DNA from: Catajapyx aquilonaris
Lineage: Eukaryota
Direction of reading: 5' to 3'
Assembly: GCA_000934665.2 (NCBI GenBank)
Contig: JYFJ02000410.1
Coordinates: 1-64,000, forward strand
Length of the DNA: 64,000 nt
The notes beneath the pieces were generated by a model. It was not told the origin of the DNA, ran no database searches, and saw nothing but the letters and a program-made list of their open reading frames with translations. Of this stretch, positions 39,701-52,030 are shown piece by piece (the first letter of the stretch is position 1; every line of letters starts with the position of its first letter). Both the position numbers and the translations under genes were made by a program.

Positions 39701-42700
39701 TTATTTTTGGCAACATAGAAGATGTGTCGCAGTTCAGGTGACCTTGACACAACTTCAAATAATGACATGACAGTATTTTTTTTGTCCGGATATTCGCGGA
39801 AATATGGCTTAAGCTCGGCGCCTTTGCCACGTGCGTGATTAATGTGCACGTTCAGATCGACTTGTTTTGATAAATGGTAATGATGTGAAGCGGAACATAA
39901 GGCTCCAACGTTACCGGACTGGGAGGGTTACATTTTTTTTTTGCAATGCCATTATTCCAGGAAATTTTAAGTGCAGCTTATTCCACATTTCATGACAAAA
40001 AATAATGTCGTCAGGTTGGAATTGCTCTTTGTATTCAGTTGACACAAACGACATTGACATACCTGAACAGATTTATTTATATGGACTTTCCTCTGCGCAA
40101 TGTCAAGGCAAATAAAAATAGCATGTTGTTGCCATTTCAATAGCATTTTCGTCGGGATAATTTTCGTTCTATAGTTACAAAGGTTTTGCAGGTTATTTAA
40201 ACTCAATTCAATACAGTTTGCCACAGTGTTGAGGTGCCCATATCAAATAAGATCTTTCATCTATAATGCGATTAATAAGCAATTTTTCTGACGGTTTTCT
40301 TAATAGTTATTATATTAGTTTAAAAGCCTAAAATTATTAGATGAAACATAACTGCTAGAAAAGTCACTGTTGTTATTGTATAATCATTAAAATAACGGCT
40401 ATAGTGTATAACCTTCAAACTAACTGCAACCAACATGTAACTATTAAAATAACTGCTCCTTCTGTATAACTAGCAAAATGACTGCTAATAAGTTACGACC
40501 AAGTAAAATAGCAATTAATTGGATCGTACACAGCAAATAGCTACTATTAGCCTACCATCAACAAACCTAACTGCTATGAAGCGGAAAACAAGTGAAATAA
40601 TTTTTACACAAAGAAGGAAAATTATATATTAAGTGGCTTAAAAGTGAATGAAATATATGTTGCCACATTAAAAGCAGTTGATTCTATACCACGTAGAGCT
40701 ATGACATTGCTGTAACTGCTACTCGTTAAAAAAAAAGCCATTTCAGAGCTAGAAATTCCCACGTCGATTCCTCCTGACGGTCGCAATAAACAGCATTAAT
40801 CGCCGGATTTCAAAGTATCGAAGAAAAAAAAACTCGTCTGTTTATGATAACATGGCTCTGGCATGTGCAATGCAAATGCGCAAGGGCCGTAATGCATTTT
40901 TGCCCTGCAGTATTACGTTAGTAACATCAAAGCGAGTAGAAGCATGTTCATTGTGAAAAAAGTGAGGGCTACAGGGGGTGGGGTGGTGTACCCTTCCAAA
41001 AAAAAAAAATGAAAAAAAAGAAGAGAGAAAATACAGGGCGATCGATACACCTCCGCGTGTCAACTTTTGGCATAATCTAAGCACGGAGCAGGTGATCCTG
41101 ATCTTCATGAATTTTGCAGTAAAGGCAGAGGAAGTACTTTGTCATTGCAGGGGTCCCCACTCCCCCTCATCCCCCACTTTCCCTACCCCCTCCTCTACCT
41201 CCTTCTAAAAACTCAAGTAGGTGCTTAGGTTCACCTTCTCCTCACTTTCTTTCGCTGTGACTGAATTCATGATGAGGACATTCTCTTACACCATGCTTTA
41301 CCTCTTTTTTTTCGTCCTTAAAGATGATTTTTTGGGGGAGATGGTGCAACCTGTATGCGCGGTAATTGACGATTTAATCAGTTGGCCATATGCAGCATGT
41401 GTGCTGGATTAATTTTTAGGGGGGTGCTGTGGCAGGATAAGCCTAAAATGCAATTTTAACATATTCCCCTGGTATACAGTGTTGTCAGTAAACCACAATA
41501 CGTCTTAGGAGTAAACTTTGATTGAAGAGTAAAAATAACTATCATCAATTATTATTGTGGTATTGCAAAAAAATCCCACGATAATTATTTGTACAATGTT
41601 TTAAATCAATTCGCTGACTGATTTTATATGATTGTAAATATTATTTTTAACACTTCAGATGCGAAGTTTCGATTTATAAATTGAATGATTTCTTAATTTA
41701 AAAATTCCAGAATTATGGTACTTTTTAGATAATTGTTGAAAAATTACCTGATATTACTAAAGTGGGCCAGATCGTTTTGTATTCGTTTTTCACTAAAAGT
41801 AATCCATTAATTGGTGTCTTACAATAGTCCCATCTAATATGGCATTGAAAATATGTAAATCCGAAATTTCATATTTGCATAATTTCTAAATAAATTCCAT
41901 ACAAAACTGCTCAAATACCAAGTACTTTTGAGTCTGGCGTAACTAAGCTCTTTGTGAAATAACAGAAAAAAATCCTGCCCTTCGCATCATTCATGTAGCA
42001 AAAGTGTACCATCAAAAAAAAAACGGCCTTAATCCCCACTTACTCTAGTGTGTAGCACATGCACGTACCGTGTACATCCAGGATTTTTCCTGTGAGAGGC
42101 CCAGCGGACTCTCGTATTTGTACAGGTATTTTTGGGGGACATTTTTTTTCTACGTGTGTTCCAACCCTGGCTTTGGATCGATACCCACATGACAGAAAGC
42201 AGGAAATGCATTAAAGAATAATTCTGGCGGCATTGGCCGTCATCGATTTCAACCTTCCATTTTCCCCAGCAGCCCTTTATATTCCTGCCAGCTATTTTAG
42301 TTAAGTGAAAACTTCTATATTCACCCTGTTGCTTGCACAGAACTTACCCAAACAAAAATCTGTGTATTAGTATTTGTTTTAATTAAATTTACAACCCATC
42401 GCGTGACCTTTTTTTCTGATATGTATCTCGCCTGTTCAATGCGGCCAATCAATTTCCATTCATTGTCATTGACAATTTTTTGGAAGTTTCTCAGCATGAT
42501 AATGTGACATAAGCATGAATGAAACTCTCAGCTCCCGTTGTATAGGCCTACTCCGCTCTATTTCTGGTTAGTAAATGTCGAGAAAGTAGGCTGACATTTA
42601 TGAGACTGTACATTCCAAATTCAACGCGTGCTTTTCATGTACGGGCGACACGTGATGACCATAATAAATAATTAGGAAATCTTTGGACGCACGACAATGC

Positions 42701-44514
42701 CAATTAATTTCCTTAACCTTACCAGAAGGACTGTCCCCACCGCCATCTATCACTCTGGAACTGATCGCTTCCTATAGGTTTTTAAATTATTCAGAGCCGA
42801 TGTCCAAACAAGCGCCATGGCATAAATTTTTGAACCCAAAGCACGTGAAACCTGTTAAAGCGACGTAAAAACAGGTGACCAAAAAACCGTTAGCTTACAA
42901 AGGACGTGTGCAACGCAGGCACGTACACCTGTAAAGCTTTTACTGTGGACCCACCGTCTCTTTGTTACTTACATGAACAATGAATTTCGCTACAAATTCG
43001 ATTTCGCCCCGTAATTATTTGACCCTCAAAAAAAATCCTCTGTAACTCGCCACGTAATGAACCCTGCCCAAAAATTATATCCAGTTATTAATGAAGTATG
43101 TGAACTATTTTGGGTTTTTGGAAAATGGCCATTAGCATCAACATGTGTGGGAATTTTTTTATCTGATTCGTTGACTACTCTTATGCGACTCAAATTGACC
43201 TGCGACCCACTCTTGAAGAGAGATACTATACATTCTAGTTTTTTTTGAAGGCGAAAGTATCTCTCGTCAAGTTTCGATCAGGGTTTTGCTGGTGCCTACG
43301 AGTCTGGAGGTCAGTAGGGCCTGAGAGGGGGGGGGGGAGTACCCCAGCCAGAAGCATATAGAAGCCAATATAGTTCAACTATGTTGGTGTGTGTGTGTGT
43401 GGGTAGTGGGTTTTGGTATTGACCAGGCGCTTTTGCCTAGTGCAGACCTGCTGGCACCGACAGGCTCTAGTTCTAGACTGGAAGAGTAGTGGGGGGAAAA
43501 ACTATGGTTGTGCCTTGTGACATGTATGGTTTTCATCCATTTTTACGGTTGACCTAAGAAAGAAGTGAGAAGAAAAAAACCGCTGGATTTTCTCTCGAGA
43601 GGTGACGTGATTCTCTTCTGAATCGTGTTCAAACACCGAGGACTTTGGCCTCCAGGCTATTCTTTCGGCCCGTTGCACTTACACACCCCTAATGTAATAA
43701 TTGCGCTCTTCGCCCAGGAGAAACTGGGAGGAGAAGGCGAAAGGCGGAAGGAAACTTGAAAGGGGGGGAAAAAAATCTTGAAATGAAGACGAGAAAAAAA
43801 TTCGGAAGAAATCTAAACGCGAAAATGAATGGGATCATCTGATTTATTGGGCAATCTTAAATGTCATAATCATGCTCACAAATTATACTATTTGGAATAA
43901 CCTGCCCCATTTTTTTTTAAAAAAAAGGAAATGTTCATAATGAGCCAGCCAGCCAGAATTTTCTGCCTTCAATTGTATGCACAGGATTTTAAGTGTGCAT
44001 TGCTAGGTAAAAAAAAACTCAAAATTTTTGCTTATAACAGTTGCACTTTTTAAGACTCCCCGCCTCTCTTTTCCATTCCATATATTCAAATTCGGTCTGA
44101 AAAATGGGTCAAATTATATTGTAATTCATATCCCCTAGGAATAAGACGATAACTTAGTCCCGTCTTCCAGCATGACAACTTTTGACTTATCGTTGGAGAA
44201 AATTTCTCACTTGATCCAAGTTGACGGCGGGAACTAGAAATTGATGGAGCCGCATTGCAGTTTCAGTGCGAATACAAAACGCGCTGTGGGAAACTTTGTC
44301 AGTTGGAGATATTCTCCCCAACATTCCATATCCGTACAGTGCACCTCCGTTCTCCCCAGAAAATGAGCGAAAGAACAGCAAAAAAATACGACCATGCAAT
44401 GTTGCGTGTGCTACTTGTAAGGCGTCAGGCATTACATGTGTGTGGCTAACCTTTGACCTGACCTGGCAGTAAACCTGACACGAATCTAAGACACGTCAAT
44501 CACTAATAGCGGAA

Positions 44515-45397
44515 CACTAACAAGGGAAGTGTCTGTAGTGCAATCGGCCAATCGGCCCGAAAATGACACTAGGGGTAAATCGCAGGCCGGAAATTCATTG
44601 GTGAAAGTAAAAAGTCGCATTAGCCAAGCGTTTTCGAGATATGGGCGACTATAGGTGCCCGGCAAACCTGCTCGGTGACAATGGGGCGCATTCGGCAGAA
44701 GAAATTATCAACCGTCTTCGTGGCTCAGTCGGTAGCATATTTATAATTTTCGTCCTTCCCGGGTGTTTAGCAACACTGCAAACAGGTTGACGTTGATATT
44801 TCGCTTTTCTCATTTGTGTCCTTGTCAACTCGCAATAACTGCTCAATGAAACCGCAACCATAAATGAACGCGTGTACATCGTAAACATATAATTACGAAG
44901 GGACACGAATAAGTTATTATTTACTGAGCTTGTGACTATTCATTTTTCCGAATATGAAGCCATGGAGAGAGTAGGTAAGCATCGGCTGAAGAAAAAAAAG
45001 TAATGCACTTCCCAGCAAGCTGTTTATTTATTCCTGTTGATTGCAAAAGGGAAGATATGCGGTGATAAACTGTGTTGGGGAAGAAAGAAAAAGAAAACGA
45101 TGCTCCGAGACGAGAGAGGGAGGGGGGGGGGGGAAAAGTCGCTTCCCGCGGCCTTGAACGCGGAGACTTCGGATCATGACGCGGACGCGCTACCGACTGA
45201 GCCACGAAGACTGTTTATATTTTCTTCTGCCGAATGCGCCCCATTGTCACCGGGCACCTATAGTCGCCCATATCTCGAAAACGCTTGGCTAATGCGACTT
45301 TTTACTTTCACCAATGAATTTCTGGCCTGCGATTTACCCCTAGTGTCATTTTCGGGCCGATTGGCCGATTGCACTACAGACACTTCCCTTGTAAGTG
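44515..45397. mobile_element. Non-autonomous DNA transposon with about 210-bp TIRs and CACT termini (CACTA/CMC-like)
   Basis: 44515-44736 (CACTAACAAGGGAAGTGTCTGTAGTGC...) is the near-perfect reverse complement of 45189-45397 (...GCACTACAGACACTTCCCTTGTAAGTG). No transposase ORF. TSD is ambiguous. Confidence 0.85.
45138..45211 (-). pseudogene. tRNA-Met(CAT)-derived pseudogene/SINE head inside the TIR element
   Basis: Minus strand reads GTCTTCGTGGCTCAGTCGGTAGCGCGTCCGCGTCATGATCCGAAGTCTCCGCGTTCAAGGCCGCGGGAAGCGAC followed by TTTT. It has A and B boxes and CAT at the anticodon position, but imperfect stems. Confidence 0.6.
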
Positions 45398-46228
45398 TGA
45401 CAAGTCTTGTCGTGTTATAGAGTCTCTCATTTCTTAGGCTTCAAGTCCATTGCATTCTGGATGATACGCGGTTGTTTGCTCACCTTGTTCACTATTCAGT
45501 TCTCTATGTTAATGGTGTCGGAATGGTAGCGCAGCGAGCCGACGGCGGCAAAGGAGCAACCAATACATCACTTCGATTCGCTCTTTTGCCGTCAGCTGCT
45601 CGTGGCTCTACCAGTACATATCCATTAAAATCATGTACAACACTGTTCATAATAGTGAATCGAATTATGTTTTCAGTTGTATCGAATCCGCTCAACTGCG
45701 TTGGAGTAACTTTAAGCCTGGTTAGAAACACTTCTCTTCCAAGCTTGAGGGTTAAGCATTGCCGACACGCAAGACTCTATTCCCGTTGATTGCAAAATAA
45801 GACTCCGGAAAGCCCCGGACGGCTTTGTGCCGCGTTATTATTTAACTGGAGAAAACGAGCCGTACTTAGGACTCCGCCTCATTTGAGGTCGTCCATGGAT
45901 GTCCCTCCCTTTTCATGGTAAAAGGGTAAGAGACGAACTCCTGGTAATTGGATGCAGTAACGGACATTTAGACCCCACGAGACGTCATTTGACTCGAAGT
46001 CACACCGGGGTTCACATAAAAGGGGAAGACTTGCTTCCCGTAACCAAAATGTCTAATTGCAACGCTTGATAGGGGTGGAGCAACAGCAGGGGTTCGGAAG
46101 ATATTATAACAGGTTGTGAAAAATAGCAGTGATCAGTAGCCTACTTCAGTAGCTTAGAGTTGGTTCAACCATACCAATTTTAATCAAAAACTGTAAATTT
46201 TACTATCTTTCAGCAATTTATAAGTAAA

Positions 46229-46535
46229 CTAGCAGTGGACCCGTTCTTTGCACGGGGGATTGATAAATGAGAGAAGTTTGTAAAACCTAGAATCGCCATC
46301 TGTGGGGGCGTGATAATTTCCGTAGATGAAACATCAAACTTCATAAAAACAAAACAAAAAAATGTAGGGTATAGAAACTAAAAAATGTGCAGTTTTCGGA
46401 CTTTTCCCTCACGCAGTGGCATATAAGACATCGGTGTGCCCAATTTCAGCACTCTCAGAGATGTGGAAGTGGTTTAGGTAGCCTGGACAAACATACATAG
46501 ATATGTACAAACTTTCACGTCAATAAGTATAGAGA
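46229..46535 (-). mobile_element. Non-autonomous Helitron
   Basis: On the minus strand: a|TCTCTATACTTATT...GTATGTTTGTCC...CCCGTGCAAAGAACGGG (3' hairpin) TCCACTGCTAG|t. This gives 5'-TC, 3'-CTAG, a subterminal hairpin and insertion between A and T. Confidence 0.8.
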
Positions 46536-48684
46536 TTACTGCTATTTCCAACCGCCGCGCCTCGCCGTGCGTGTTAAAAATCGCTGCTACTTGACACCAT
46601 CGACGTAACAGCCGCTATTACGAGTGATCAAATCCAGCTACTATGCTATATTGGGCCTAATGCCCGCTGTGCCCCACCAAAACGCCTAATTGCGAGCCAG
46701 AAGTGCCTCGTCCTTTTGACAGTGTCCGGATGATTGCAACCAGTGATTTTGAGGATTTTAGCTATTGATTTCCAGTTGGGAGGGGAAAAGAGCAGATTTT
46801 TTTTTTTCCTTCAAAAAAGAGGTTTTTCAGAGGCCATTGGTTGAATGCGTTCGACATGGTTGGGCGTCACACTTTGCCGTCGTAGATAGGAAGCCTCTGT
46901 AAAGACAAATGCGGCTCTTCTTTAGGGATCAACTGAGAGAGATGATGATCCTGCTTTCTGGCTCCAGAAAGTAGGGATTAAGGAGGGAGTCCTGTGGGTT
47001 GGAGGAAGGAAGGAGGGAGTGGAGGAGACGACTATAAATACTCTAATGAGAGCCAAGTTGGGCTCAAGAACATTTAGGTGGCATTCAAGGTAATATACGG
47101 CGGCAGAAAGCGCAATATAATGTTTCAAAATTGCAGATTAAGCGAAATCTGGAGAAGCTGGGGGTGATCTTTGCAGGTTCTGGTGAGAGAGAACTGTAGT
47201 TGTTGCAAGTGATGAGTGAAGTAATGATGTAGTGTGCATACTGTTTATTGAATGGCCACTGACATAACGAATGGGCAAATTCAAAGTTGTGCAAAATTTT
47301 TGTTCAAATCAGTAAACAAGTTGTAAACAAAAATCACATCATACAATCTTTTTACACTACAGTTGGGTGTATAGCTCCAATAGCAAAATGCATTCCGCCC
47401 TAGCAAGCACTCAAAAAAGCTCAAATTGTGTGAACCAATCTGAACGAATAATGCAGCATAATTTCGGCAATGAATCCAGCCTGTTTTCACTGCTCCATTC
47501 AGCTGGAAAGCATAACAGTGCCGTCATATATATGAAACCTATAACAAACTCTAGAAAAAATGTGGATTCCCTCAGGTGTAATGTAAAATATTCAGGCCAA
47601 ACGTAACCCTTTTGCATCTGTGAATTAATCAATGTTACAGTAAATTGCGCTGCCAATAGAAGCTCCAGTGAAATTATCTTCAAAACGGATAAAAATGAGC
47701 GAGAAACGTGCAGTATGAGCAGAAAAAATTGTTAGTTTTTAAATCAATGAAAATGGGTGTCTTAAAAACAGTGTAAAATAACAAAATAATATTTCAATAT
47801 AACATGTAATAGATCGCTTTAAAAGTGAAAAAATAATTATTCTAGATTAAACTGCTGAAAGATGCATCAAGATTCATAACATAATGACAAAAAAGATAAA
47901 ATTAACTATCATGTGAGAAATAGAGATAAGAAATGTTAATTTTAAAAAATGTCTGTCCAGTGGTCTCTTACTGTTAGTCGTAGAAAATATTTGGTGAAAA
48001 GTCATGGTGTTTTATTTTGTAATTACAAGTGACTAAAACAATGCAAAAATCTTTGTTATTACGGGAAAAAGCATAATTTATTTAACATTCTCTTCAAACC
48101 ACTGCGGTATGGTTTAGCTATTTTTTCACGGCATTGCAGACTATCTCTCTTTAATTAGTATACCGTAACACAAAAGCCGGCATTATCACACACACACCAC
48201 GAACAAAAAAAAATATGTAAATCGATCTGCTCCTGTGGCCTGTTTAGGTAGTCAACACCTTTAAAATTTCCTACCTCACTGTACTCATTTTCCCAAGCTG
48301 TTTCCATCTAAAATTACCTCTCGAAATACAGGGTGTTTCATAGCAGGTTTGATGATCATTATGAAACACAATGTATTTTTCATACTCGGTAGGAGCGTAA
48401 TGTGCATAACAATAGTTTGCAAAAACATTACAGCAAGTTCCATTACCTAGCATGTAGGATGCATGTAGGCTACAATACAGTGGATTCCCGAATGATGTGC
48501 CAGTGCGAACCCTTTTTAAAGTAATTAGTAATTAAGAGTATTCGCGTCGCTCACAGCTGCATTCAGATTTAAAAGGATTATAAGCTAATTACATTTATGC
48601 ATGAGTTAAGTACCTGCGCCTGAATCCAGATTTTATTAACTCTTTAAAAGTGAGCTCTCTACGATCATACATACAGAATGGGCT

Positions 48685-48840
48685 TCAGTCTGTGCCTCTG
48701 TTTGTCTTCTCAGATAGGTGCATGTAGTACCACCACCCCTCGCACAACCCTGAAAGTGGCAATAGTGTGCAGAGAGATCCGCCATCTACGTGAGGGATAT
48801 GGTACTACGTGGACAATCCCGGGAAGTTTGGACCAAATTT
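48685..48840 (+). repeat. Representative copy of dispersed repeat family C (about 150 bp; GTCTGTGCCTCTGTTTGTC...CGCCATCT...GGTACTAC)
   Basis: Related segments at about 604-725(-), 12518-12570, 18385-18458(-), 22945-23065, 29030-29150(-), 31400-31520(-), 32015-32095, 55190-55285 and 62155-62265(-). Confidence 0.7.
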
Positions 48841-50019
48841 TGTATATGTCTTCACTCTCGTTCATTATATTCGATATTCGACAGCAATAAATTCACAAAA
48901 GCAGTTTAGTAGGAAGCAAATTATTCAAAATAACATGCAAACATTTAATTTTCCAGGCGATTCATTAGTTCGTCTAGTATTAACAATTCGAATTATCATT
49001 AGCTGGCAAAATAACATTTAACATATGCCCGCGCAATATGTACAGTATGTGCGAAGGAATTTTAAAAAAAACTACACAATGGAAAAGCAATAATGCAGGG
49101 ACCGAAATATATAATTATATAAAAAATTAGAATGCGGAAATCAATATGTCAATCACAACAATTCAGTTAGAGTTTATGATCCGATCTAATCTGAACTATC
49201 TGACAATAATATCATCTGCTAATATTAGCTCGAATTAAATCCTTTCATGTCAAGGAACTAGTCGAATTTACGAATTATTTTCAGCAGAATTCCGACCAAC
49301 AGCTAATAACTTATAGCTGTTAACAGCCACTGATTAAAATAAACTACTTGTGTACAGTCAATACAACCCTTTAATACAGCTTTTTTGTTGATGTGGCATT
49401 AACCATTAGTTTAAAGTATTACATTGTTGAACAAGCTGCTTATTTCGCAATGTATGAAATATTAGTTGATAACATTATATTATTTTGTAACCGTTACTTT
49501 TCTAACAGTTCGGGAAACTGAGCTTTAATATGAGTCTGAACCAGAATCTATGATAAAGTAGGCTACAATATTTGCACTAGAGTATCGCAATTTCTCGTAA
49601 CGTATACAGCCGCAGTAATAATGATCCGTACTGCGTAACACAATGAACTCTCTTACGCTGATTAACGGCATGCATTTGGCTACGGGTGTTTTTATCCATA
49701 TAAAATTTTTAATAACCCCCCTATTCCCCTCCATCACTTTTTGTGTGTGTTTGTACACCGGCGGTGCATTTCAATGTTGGGGACGTGGCTGCGTAATTTA
49801 TATCAGTGGTACACACAAAGTACCTTTTTTTTGTCGGAGCATGTAACCTTTTGACGGGTCGGAAATATGCGTTGGGAAATATCCAGGACACGAAGTTGAA
49901 CAATGCTGACAAGTACTGGAAATGCTCATAGAATTTTTAACCCGTTTGTTTCGAGTAGTCACATGCCAACAATCTTTGCAGTTACTGACTTGTAATGTCG
50001 GTTACAAGGGTTAGAAATG

Positions 50020-50121
50020 CAGTTGAATACGGATATAACAGACTTCAAGGAGCATCGGAAAAAAGTACGTTATAACCGAAAGTACGTTATAGCTGAAGCT
50101 GTTATAGCTGATTCACAACTG
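50020..50121. mobile_element. Small degenerate MITE (pogo/Tc1-like CAGTTG...CAACTG ends)
   Basis: Imperfect TIRs CAGTTGAATACGGATATAACAG / CTGTTATAGCTGATTCACAACTG, with an internal AAAGTACGTTATA duplication. No clean TA TSD. Confidence 0.45.
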
Positions 50122-50150
50122 AAAGAATTTTTGGAAGAATTTTGTGTGAC

Positions 50151-50700
50151 TTATAAAGGTTAATGTGAGAAATAAGGACGAATCAAGTGATGCCAACTAG
50201 AATCAGGCTAACAGTAGCAAAAAAGGCGGGGTCAAATCTAAGCTCGGCATTTATCGCCACAGTTATCGTGACTTGAATCCCTAACTTCAATATATTCCTC
50301 CCTCCTCACATAACGTCGGTTACAATATTATTGGAAATATTTAAAAATTATTTTGCCTGAATTATAAAGTGTAGTGTGAGAAATAAGTGTTGCAATCTCT
50401 AATGCCAACTGGAATCAGGCTAACAATAGCGTTGAAAGCGGGGTCGAATTTAGGCCCCGCCCTCATCGCTACAGTTATCGTGACTTGAGTCCCAGACCTC
50501 AATAGAGTCTCCCTCCTCACATACGGTATCATAGGTTACAATTGTTGGAAATATTTAAAAACTTTTTTTCCTGAATTATAAAGGGTAGTGTGAGAAATAA
50601 CGACGAATCAGTGATGCTGGATCAAATGCTGGCATTCATCGTCACAGTTATCGTGACTTGAGTCCCAGACTTCAATAGAGTACTCCCTTCCTTCTCACAT
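50151..50700. repeat. Tandem repeat, about 210-bp unit, about 2.6 diverged copies
   Basis: TTATAAAG..GTGAGAAATAA at about 50151, 50362 and 50576; CAGTTATCGTGACTTGA occurs three times. Confidence 0.8.
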
Positions 50701-50779
50701 AGAATGACAACGAATGAAGTTGCAACCAGAAAAAGTCAATCAATCACTTCCCTACTATTTCCTCCTCTTACCGCATCCA

Positions 50780-51010
50780 AAGCATCTCTTCTCCAAAAGA
50801 CCTCCTTGACCCTTGGTATCGCCGCGCGCACCTGCTCTCTCTATCTACCCTCCCTCTCTCCACCCTCCCCATCGACGCTTCCCGCCCTCCACCACCACCC
50901 ACTTTCCGGACCCACAAGCCGTAGAAGAGCGTCGTATTCGGCCATGCCCTGCCAGTCCGTGCACGGCAGCCCTCGCCAGCGAGTCTCTCCAACACACGCG
51001 GCGAGGGACA
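50780..51010 (+). promoter_or_regulatory. GC/CpG-rich and CT-rich island, possible promoter of the 52031 gene
   Basis: Locally high GC and CpG with CT-rich tracts in an otherwise AT-rich region, about 1 kb upstream of the first coding exon. Confidence 0.35.
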
Positions 51011-51034
51011 CTTATCTGTCCCCTCTTCTAACCC

Positions 51035-51960
51035 TTGACGTGACCTGAGGTCACGTTCTGATCCTGTTTCCCCCCAGAGTGTGGTGACCCAGTTCCCTGG
51101 ACGGTCGTATTTTATGTGGAAAAGTGTTGTGCGAGTACGGCCTGAGGTCAAACTGACGGTGTGACCTGGGTCAGGAAGACAGCAAGGTCACAAAGTGGCA
51201 ACAAGCGACAATAGGTCAAACAACAAGTTTCATCATATCCAGAGATAGGTCAACTAGCGACCCAGGCTGGCAAGTGACACGAGGTCAACCAGTGACACGA
51301 GGTCTTCATCTCATCCAGCGAGAGGTCAACTAACGACCTAGGCCAACCAGTGACACTACGTCAGACAACAATCCAAAATCAGCATGTGACCGAGGTCATC
51401 CGACGATCGTCAGGAAGTTACTACAATGAGCAAGTGACCGTATCCAGATAATCATCAGACTCAATAGTGACACGAGGTCAACAAGTAGCCTAACAGTGAC
51501 ATCTAGGTCAGGAAACCAGCGAGTGACATCAGCAATTTTCAACTTCACCAGTGATAAATCAGCGAGTGACCAAATTCAGCAAGTTTCAATTCATCCTAGG
51601 TCAACCAGTGACACGAGGTCAACAGTGACACCCGATCCCAAGTGACCATGTTTGTCCCTTTAACCCCTTCCTTATCCCCTACTCTCAGGTTAGATTAGCT
51701 AATTGTGTAGGCGCTTCAGGGAGTGACCTGTGACCTCTGACCCAGTGCAGTGTGAATGTTGGGTCAGGAACCACGTCGTCCGGTTCGTCTGAATGAACGA
51801 AGCTGCAACGCCATACCTCTCCAGTCGTACCGTAGGATATCTAGGTTAGGTCACACATACAGGTACACGTACTACTTCTGGGAGTCTCCACCGCACACAC
51901 GTTAACCTCTGACCTTTTTGACCCAAGTTTTCCATACATTGACACTTTTTTGACCTCACC
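51035..51960. repeat. Degenerate tandem array of (CA)GTGACACGAGGTCAAC-like units rich in AGGTCA/TGACC motifs
   Basis: GTGACACGAGGTC(A) recurs at about 51274, 51291, 51467 and 51608, with many variants. There is a perfect palindrome ACGTGACCT-G-AGGTCACGT at 51038-51056. Confidence 0.75.
51660..51690 (+). other. Candidate 3' splice acceptor upstream of the 52031 coding exon (exon would start at 51689)
   Basis: TTTAAC branch-like motif, then a polypyrimidine tract (CCCCTTCCTTATCCCCTACTCT) and CAG at 51686-51688. Confidence 0.4.
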
Positions 51961-52030
51961 TCCCGCAAACAATGCTTCTTGTCTACTGAGACATGGGACT
52001 TAGAAGACGTCGAAGGCGGTCTATGGCCCC

